A stretch of DNA of 62,714 nt from a virus (lineage: Duplodnaviria > Caudoviricetes), in IMG/VR virus record IMGVR_UViG_3300028809_000001, positions 1-62,714 of that record, one strand, 5' to 3'. Within the stretch, counting starts at the first letter, position 1. The number at the start of each line of letters is the position of its first letter. A program made the translations under genes and the position numbers. Positions 57,155 to 62,714 of this stretch are shown here, piece after piece. The notes under the pieces were generated by a model. It did not search any database. It was given only the letters and a program-made list of their open reading frames with translations, and was not told the origin of the DNA.

Positions 57155-57475
57155 ATGCAGAACAAGAGCATCCTCCCCGCCCTCGCGTCTGCCGCCCTGA
57201 TGGCCAGCGCCCTCTCCGGCGGCACGGTCCCCACCGGCAGCCACGCGCTCGGCGCCGACGCGGTGCGCGTCACCGGCGAGCAGCCGACCAAGCAGACCCC
57301 GGCCCGCCCGAGCGGCGACGCGAGTGCCATGATGCGCGCGCTGCTCGGTGGCGGTCCCGGCCGTCGCCGCGGCCTGCCGCAGGGCCCGGGCTGGGGCTAC
57401 GCCAAGGTCAAGCGCATGGCGGCCAAGCGCCGCAACGTGCTGCGCAACAAGCGCGCCCAGCGGAGGGCGAAGTGA
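57155..57475 (+). CDS. Hypothetical protein with very basic C-terminus
   Basis: AKVKRMAAKRRNVLRNKRAQRRAK. Confidence 0.65.
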   Translation: MQNKSILPALASAALMASALSGGTVPTGSHALGADAVRVTGEQPTKQTPARPSGDASAMMRALLGGGPGRRRGLPQGPGWGYAKVKRMAAKRRNVLRNKRAQRRAK

Positions 57476-57669
57476 TGCGCGTCCTCAACGTCACCCTCGA
57501 ACTCAAGCTGGTCATCCTGGACAGCCTGCCTACCCCCGACGCACAGCTCGCGGAGAGTCTGGTCCACACCGCCAAGCGCGACATCGAACAGGCAGTGCGC
57601 GGGCACTTCGACCCGGGCCGTGCCGCCAAGCTGCTCAGCCTCAAAGTGGTCACGGAGACCTTCGAATGA
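57475..57669 (+). CDS. Hypothetical protein
   Basis: TGATG coupling. Confidence 0.6.
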   Translation: MRVLNVTLELKLVILDSLPTPDAQLAESLVHTAKRDIEQAVRGHFDPGRAAKLLSLKVVTETFE

Positions 57670-58001
57670 ACACCGTCACCCGCGCGCACTTCCATCTGCG
57701 CATCCAGGCGCTGCTCAAGGACGCCCCCGTCGTGAGCAGCGTGACGTGGAGCGCCGCAGCGGCCGACCTGCTGCGCGAGCTGTTCCCGCTGCTCGAACCG
57801 TGCACCGAGCCGGTCCACCCGGCCGCCACGCTGCGCGAGCGTGCCGCCATCGCGGCGATGCAGTCGCTGATCGCCACGCCGCTGAGCGAGTGGCCGATCG
57901 TCCAGGAGACGGGCAAGGCCCACTCCGGCAGCGTCATCGAGACGGCCACGTGGGTGGCTGACGGCCTCGTCGCCGCACTGAACAAGGAGAAACCCCAATG
58001 A
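57666..58001 (+). CDS. Hypothetical protein
   Basis: TLRE.AA..AMQ.L...AD motif common in phages. Confidence 0.7.
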   Translation: MNTVTRAHFHLRIQALLKDAPVVSSVTWSAAAADLLRELFPLLEPCTEPVHPAATLRERAAIAAMQSLIATPLSEWPIVQETGKAHSGSVIETATWVADGLVAALNKEKPQ

Positions 58002-58705
58002 GCCAGCTGTCTGACACCGACCTGCACTTCGTCGTGCGCCGCCTGCCCAAGGACGTGCGCGAGCTGATGACGAAGTGCGCCCGCTTCCCCAAGCCCGTGC
58101 TGCTCGTCGTGGGTGGCGGCTTCATCCGCGAGACGATCGCGGGCAACAAGCCGAACGACATCGACGTCTTCGGCCCCACGAAGGAGGCGCTGAGCGACGC
58201 GGCCACGGATCTCGCGGTGACGCGCACGGTCAAGACGTTCCGCTCGGACAACGCGATCACGCTGCTGTGCCCGCCGCGCCTGCCCGTGCAGTTCATCACC
58301 CGCTGGACCTTCGCCACGCCCGCAGAGGTGGTGCCCTCGTTCGACTTCACCGTCTGTCAGGCGGTCGTGTGGACCGACGGCGTGCAGTGGCACTCCGCCT
58401 GCGCGCCGACGTTCTACCAGGATCTCGCGGCCCGCCGCCTCGTCTACACGAGCCCGACGCGCGAGGAGGCCCCGGGCGGCTCGATCATGCGGGTGCGCAA
58501 GTTCCTCGCGCGGGGGTACAACATCCAGGCGCTGAGCTTCGGCGCCGTGATCGCACGGCTGGCGTTCAAAGTGCGCATGGCCGGCATGGCCGCCACCGAG
58601 GACGAGTTCTCTCGCGTGCTGACCGGCCTGCTGCGCGAGGTGGACCCGCTGACCGTGGTCGACGGGCTCGAAGTGATCGACGAACACGAGACGGTGAACC
58701 AATGA
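57998..58705 (+). CDS. Nucleotidyltransferase (CCA-adding/poly(A) polymerase head-like)
   Basis: VGGGFIRE......NDIDVF; FDFTVCQ; R..KF..RGY. Confidence 0.8.
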   Translation: MSQLSDTDLHFVVRRLPKDVRELMTKCARFPKPVLLVVGGGFIRETIAGNKPNDIDVFGPTKEALSDAATDLAVTRTVKTFRSDNAITLLCPPRLPVQFITRWTFATPAEVVPSFDFTVCQAVVWTDGVQWHSACAPTFYQDLAARRLVYTSPTREEAPGGSIMRVRKFLARGYNIQALSFGAVIARLAFKVRMAGMAATEDEFSRVLTGLLREVDPLTVVDGLEVIDEHETVNQ

Positions 58706-58908
58706 GCACCTTCACCATCATGCAGGCATCGCGCCTCAAGGTTGCGAGTGCGTTGCTCGAAGTCCGCGGCCTGATCGCGGGGCAGACAGCTGCGATCTGC
58801 CTCAGCACCGAAGCGCGCGACAAGCTGTACATCGCGCTCGCCAACACGAACGAAGTGCTGGCCGCCCTGATCCCCAACGAATCCCTCGACAAGGACACCG
58901 CCGAATGA
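58702..58908 (+). CDS. Hypothetical protein
   Basis: ATGA overlap. Confidence 0.55.
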   Translation: MSTFTIMQASRLKVASALLEVRGLIAGQTAAICLSTEARDKLYIALANTNEVLAALIPNESLDKDTAE

Positions 58909-59087
58909 ACGCTCTCAACACCGCCATGGCCGGGGCGCTTATCGCGGTTGCCGGGTTTGTCGGCGGGTTCGCCGCCGCGGTGAACGCCAACAGCAGTGTG
59001 ATCGAACGCAACTGCTCGAACGGCGCCACCCTCGTTGCCAACGACAAGGTCTTCACCTGTCAATTTCTGAAGGACGCCACCAAGTGA
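58905..59087 (+). CDS. Small membrane-anchored protein
   Basis: N-terminal TM; C...C pair. Confidence 0.6.
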   Translation: MNALNTAMAGALIAVAGFVGGFAAAVNANSSVIERNCSNGATLVANDKVFTCQFLKDATK

Positions 59088-59875
59088 ACATCCTCGACAC
59101 CATCAAGCCGATCAAGCTGCTGGCCGGATCGCACAAGAACACCAGCGAGACCGGCTCGGGCTGCTTCCTCAACGTCGCGAGCTACCTCGCAGGCGACACG
59201 GAGATCACCGACAGGCCGACGTGCGTGAGCCCCGTGCTGCGCGGCTTCGTCATCAAGGTGAACGACATGCTGCCGCCCCAGCTGCGGCAGGAGCTGCTGC
59301 CGTTCGTCCACCGCGCCATGCAGACCGGCAACGAGGGGGCGCTGTACGAGTGCTTTGCCGTCCGGGTGCAGGGCGAGTTCGCCCAGGACGCGCTCCACCT
59401 GCTGGCGTCCTGGGCTGCACACGATCCGCGCGTGCTCGGCGGGCACCACCACGGCCAGCGCGCGTACTACGGCGGCGCACCCAACTACTTCGGCCCCCAG
59501 CCGTTCGCCACCTTCAAGGTCGACCTGCAGATGCTGTGGGAGAACATGCGGGACTGGCGCGACAACCCGATGCGCCAAGTCGACGAGGTCCTGGAGGTGA
59601 TCCACCGCCTGAACGCGGAGCGCAACGGCCCGCGCAGCCTGTTCGAGATGGGGCGCTACCGGCGGCAGCAGGCGGTGTTCACCACGCTCGACGCCAAAGA
59701 GGAGCACATCCCCGCTCCGACGCGCATCACGTTCGGCGAGGAGTTCACCCAGCTGGTCACCCACACGCTCGACCGCATGCTCCCCCAGGACACGCCGCCT
59801 GCGCCCGAGGTGATCGTGCGCGCCGAGCAGCTCGTCGCCACGTACACCGGCCACAAGGCCAAGGTGGTCGCATGA
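59084..59875 (+). CDS. Conserved hypothetical protein
   Basis: L..GSH.....GC....SYLAG...TD.P.CVSPVL......ND. Confidence 0.75.
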   Translation: MNILDTIKPIKLLAGSHKNTSETGSGCFLNVASYLAGDTEITDRPTCVSPVLRGFVIKVNDMLPPQLRQELLPFVHRAMQTGNEGALYECFAVRVQGEFAQDALHLLASWAAHDPRVLGGHHHGQRAYYGGAPNYFGPQPFATFKVDLQMLWENMRDWRDNPMRQVDEVLEVIHRLNAERNGPRSLFEMGRYRRQQAVFTTLDAKEEHIPAPTRITFGEEFTQLVTHTLDRMLPQDTPPAPEVIVRAEQLVATYTGHKAKVVA

Positions 59876-60075
59876 GCAACGCCGATCCGTGGACCGACGA
59901 GCAGGCCACGCGTGCCGAGGGCTTCGCGCTTTCGATGCAGGCCCTTGTCGATCAGGCATACGCGCACGGCGTGGTGCTCACCGTCGAGACCGCACCGAAG
60001 CCCGACACGCCGCTTGCGATGGGGAACTATGTGTTCGTCGTTACGGCGCGCAGGCGCCGCGAGATGCAGCCCTGA
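59872..60075 (+). CDS. Hypothetical protein
   Basis: GVVLTVE..P...PLAMGNY motif. Confidence 0.65.
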   Translation: MSNADPWTDEQATRAEGFALSMQALVDQAYAHGVVLTVETAPKPDTPLAMGNYVFVVTARRRREMQP

Positions 60076-60078
60076 CGC

Positions 60079-60107
60079 TTGACGTGTACTGCAAACACTA
60101 GTACAGT
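60079..60107 (+). promoter_or_regulatory. Sigma70-type promoter
   Basis: TTGACG-17 bp-TACAGT; reversed GCAGTACA box in the spacer. Confidence 0.8.
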
Positions 60108-60131
60108 CCTGTCACCAATTAGGAGAACCAG

Positions 60132-60344
60132 ATGCCCAGACCCGCAACCGAGAAGTCCAGCTTCGCCATCGTCAACGACGGCACGGCAGTGACGTTCACG
60201 TGCGAAGGCAGCGTCGTCGGCGGCATGGCCGAGGCGGCCAGCTGGCTGCCGAGCAGCCGCATCGCCGTGCTGATCGCCAAGCTGCAGAATGTCCACGCCA
60301 CCGTGCAGGCGCGCGAGGCCAAGCGTGCCGAGGTGACGACGTGA
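60132..60344 (+). CDS. Hypothetical protein
   Basis: AGGAG RBS. Confidence 0.65.
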   Translation: MPRPATEKSSFAIVNDGTAVTFTCEGSVVGGMAEAASWLPSSRIAVLIAKLQNVHATVQAREAKRAEVTT

Positions 60345-60727
60345 TGACGCGCGAGAAAGACGAGTGGGACGCCTTCAACGAGGGCGTGAAGATCGGCGAC
60401 AAGCTGGTGAGCACGCCCACCTGGGGCATGGGCACCGTCGCGGAAGTGCGGCGCATCACCGCCACGATGCTGGTGTGCTGCCCGCTGGGCCGCGACATCG
60501 AGACCCGGGTCAGCCGACGGGACGGCTTCGTCCTCGGCCAGAAGGGCTACTCGCGCACCCTGTTCCGGCCAGCCACGGCGGCACGGCTGCGCGCGCACCG
60601 CGCCGCCAAGGTGAAGGAGTGGTGCCGGCATCAAGCCCAGACCCAGCTGTCAGCCCTCACGCCCGAGCAGCAGGACGCCGTCTACAAGCTCGTGGAGTCG
60701 TTCACCAAAGAGGAGATCACCCAATGA
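60344..60727 (+). CDS. Hypothetical protein (SH3-like beta-barrel)
   Basis: KIGDKL...V.RIT.T; TGATG coupling. Confidence 0.65.
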   Translation: MTREKDEWDAFNEGVKIGDKLVSTPTWGMGTVAEVRRITATMLVCCPLGRDIETRVSRRDGFVLGQKGYSRTLFRPATAARLRAHRAAKVKEWCRHQAQTQLSALTPEQQDAVYKLVESFTKEEITQ

Positions 60728-61149
60728 CCGACCACCACCGCCTCGCATCGCCCGAGCTGGAGGCGCAGCTCAATGACGCCCTGGGCCTCGTCGAGCTGCC
60801 CCCGATCCGCGTGACCAAGGAGCTGCACGCCGCGCTCCTCGCCGCCTGTGAGCGCAGCGGCCAGATCATCCAGGCCGAGGTGCGCGACATGCTCATGCTG
60901 GGCACCAGGATCGTGGCGGGTCTGCCTCCTCTCCCGCCCAAGGCCGCGCCGCCGGTGACGTTCATCCCGCCGGAGTACCGCTCGGGCCAAGCACCGCGCG
61001 TGCACGCCGGCAAGATCGAAGCCCGCGCTCGCCAGCTCTACGTCGACGACACGGGCCCGACTGGGTTCCTCGCCACGATGGTGAGCTTCTACCGGCTGCC
61101 GCTGCAGGTGCAGCAGGGCTGGGTCGACCGTGCGCGGGAGGGGTTATGA
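60724..61149 (+). CDS. Hypothetical protein, possible ribbon-helix-helix
   Basis: IRVTKELHAAL..AC..SG.....VRDML. Confidence 0.6.
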   Translation: MTDHHRLASPELEAQLNDALGLVELPPIRVTKELHAALLAACERSGQIIQAEVRDMLMLGTRIVAGLPPLPPKAAPPVTFIPPEYRSGQAPRVHAGKIEARARQLYVDDTGPTGFLATMVSFYRLPLQVQQGWVDRAREGL

Positions 61150-61316
61150 GCCCGAACGAGCACCTCCGCTGCAAACGGTGTCGCAAGATCCCGCGCGGAA
61201 AGCGCGCCGTCGCCGACCGCGAGCGCTACACCCCGTACTGCAGCTTCCACTGCCAGGAGTGGGGCCGCATCGACGACGCGCGCCGCTACATCGCCACGCT
61301 GGAGACCCGCAAATGA
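61146..61316 (+). CDS. Small zinc-finger protein (YacG/TRASH-like), 56 aa
   Basis: Translated by eye: CKRC...PYCSFHCQ. Confidence 0.55.
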   Translation: MSPNEHLRCKRCRKIPRGKRAVADRERYTPYCSFHCQEWGRIDDARRYIATLETRK

Positions 61317-61543
61317 GCCGCAGCCTGCTCGCCAAGCACAAGCTCGACGCGTTCAAGCACTGGCTGGACGACGAGGGCATCAACCACCGCCCCGGCCGTG
61401 GCGCCTTCCAGGTGCTGCAGATCCACATGCCGAACGGCCAGTGGCAGTGCGTCTTCGACCGCATCACCGCGCCTGAACACTACACCGTGGCAGCACCGCT
61501 CGAACCGCTGGTGCGCCGCTTCATCGAGGAGACCCGCAAATGA
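61313..61543 (+). CDS. Hypothetical protein
   Basis: LL...KL..FK.WL...G...R.GRG.FQVLQ. Confidence 0.7.
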   Translation: MSRSLLAKHKLDAFKHWLDDEGINHRPGRGAFQVLQIHMPNGQWQCVFDRITAPEHYTVAAPLEPLVRRFIEETRK

Positions 61544-62706
61544 CCACTGAAAAGACCCTCGCCGGCCTGCTGTCGGCCATCAACGAGATGCCGGACGGCG
61601 CGTGGATCGCCCCCGGGTACGACGTGCACAACGTCAAACGCATCCTCGCCGCTTCTGGCGTGGCGGCCCCGGTGGCGCAGTGGGGAGACCCGCGAGTTCA
61701 AGCCGTGTACGACATTCTGTGCAGCTGCGACGCACCGCCCGCAGAACAGCACTGGGAGGGTTGGACCGCCCGGCGCATCGTTGACGCCCTCGACACCCCC
61801 TCGCAGCCCGTTGCGGCCGAGGCGACCGCAGAGGCGGCGCGACCCGGGTGGAAACTGGTCCCGGTGGAGCCGACGCCGGAAATGCGTGCGGCCGGCTACA
61901 AGGTGTTGGAAGATTCCAACTGGCCGCCTAGCATGACGCTGGACGCGGTGTATGCAGCATGGATCGCCGCCGCCCCTGTCGAGGCCCCCGCAGAGATGGC
62001 GGAAGCGGGCCACGCTTTGCTGGCGATCCTTGAGGCCGCAGGCGAAGGCGCCACCGTCGCTGACGTGCTTGATCGTCTCGCCGCCCCTGTCGAGGTGCAG
62101 CGCGTGGAGCCGGTCGTGAAGTACGTGCCGGTCAACAGCAAGTTGCGCGACGGGGACGGGAATCACCCGAATGACGACGAGAAAACCTCGCCTGAATGCC
62201 GGGCGGCCCTAGATGCTCGTGGTGATGACGAAGGCCAAGGCCTCGATGGTTACTGGAAGTGGGGATTCCGCGCCGGCTGGAACGCCGCCCTCGCCGGCCG
62301 TCCCGCCCCGGCTGCGGAGGCCGACGACGCCTCGCGCCCCGACATCGTCGAGCGCCTGACGTACCACGCTCACGAGCGCGACGACATGACGCTCGACGAT
62401 GTGCTCGACTACCTCGCGTCCGGCTGGAAAAAGGTTCACGGCCGCACCGAGCGGCAGCTAATCCTGCAGCTTTGCGCGCTGCTCGCCACCCGCCCGGCCG
62501 CGCCGCTGTCGGAGGGACTCGGTTCGTTGGCGGATACGAGGCACGAAGTGAACGCGCATGCCAACGTTCTGCGCTCCTACATTGACAGCCTTTCCGGCGA
62601 AGCGTTTCAGGGCGCAATCCACTCCCTTGGATCGTTGCGCGACATCATTGACGGACTTATCGCCGTCGCCGCCCTCCGTCCCACGCCTTCAAATGAACGG
62701 GGGTGA
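61540..62706 (+). CDS. Mosaic multi-module hypothetical protein
   Basis: 388 aa of short modules (e.g. GWKLVPVEPTPEM) joined by Ala/Pro linkers. Confidence 0.7.
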   Translation: MTTEKTLAGLLSAINEMPDGAWIAPGYDVHNVKRILAASGVAAPVAQWGDPRVQAVYDILCSCDAPPAEQHWEGWTARRIVDALDTPSQPVAAEATAEAARPGWKLVPVEPTPEMRAAGYKVLEDSNWPPSMTLDAVYAAWIAAAPVEAPAEMAEAGHALLAILEAAGEGATVADVLDRLAAPVEVQRVEPVVKYVPVNSKLRDGDGNHPNDDEKTSPECRAALDARGDDEGQGLDGYWKWGFRAGWNAALAGRPAPAAEADDASRPDIVERLTYHAHERDDMTLDDVLDYLASGWKKVHGRTERQLILQLCALLATRPAAPLSEGLGSLADTRHEVNAHANVLRSYIDSLSGEAFQGAIHSLGSLRDIIDGLIAVAALRPTPSNERG

Positions 62707-62714
62707 GGGGATGA
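62588..62714. repeat. Terminal direct repeat, right copy
   Basis: Identical to 1-127. Confidence 0.95.

Noticed and set aside
60085-60107. LexA SOS box
   Set aside because: CTG...CAG spacing is 12, not 10.

Overview
This window is almost certainly one complete, circularised tailed-phage genome of 62,587 bp; bases 1-127 repeat exactly at 62588-62714, consistent with an assembler overlap. It is GC-rich and podovirus-like, and a Betaproteobacterial (Burkholderiales-like) host is inferred only. The minus-strand late block (47132 to 17696) holds small and large terminase (P22-like headful), portal, a lysis cassette placed unusually before the head genes, scaffold, an N4-gp56-type major capsid, short-tail proteins, ejection proteins and a 2630-aa polyvalent protein with metallopeptidase, GNAT, ART-like and LPD38-like modules. 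A second minus-strand block (55358 to 50331) holds a Cro-like gene, PrimPol-helicase, an iteron-rich candidate origin, VRR-NUC and an SNF2 helicase. The plus-strand early/middle blocks (47405-50334, and 55507 wrapping to 17706) carry about 60 small genes plus DUF2800, DUF2815, a DNA methyltransferase and a family A polymerase. I saw no integrase, CI repressor, RNA polymerase, tRNA or CRISPR array. Top leads: (1) a two-domain putative immune-signal sponge fusion in a nucleotide-manipulation cluster; (2) the modular polyvalent ejection protein with repeated linkers; (3) a genome-wide promoter grammar, an AGGGT-WW-N-CCCT-like palindrome 36 bp before a -10 box plus GCAGTACA boxes; (4) a PagP-like outer-membrane barrel; (5) a candidate pseudoknot RNA. 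All family calls come from motifs read by eye, not from database searches.
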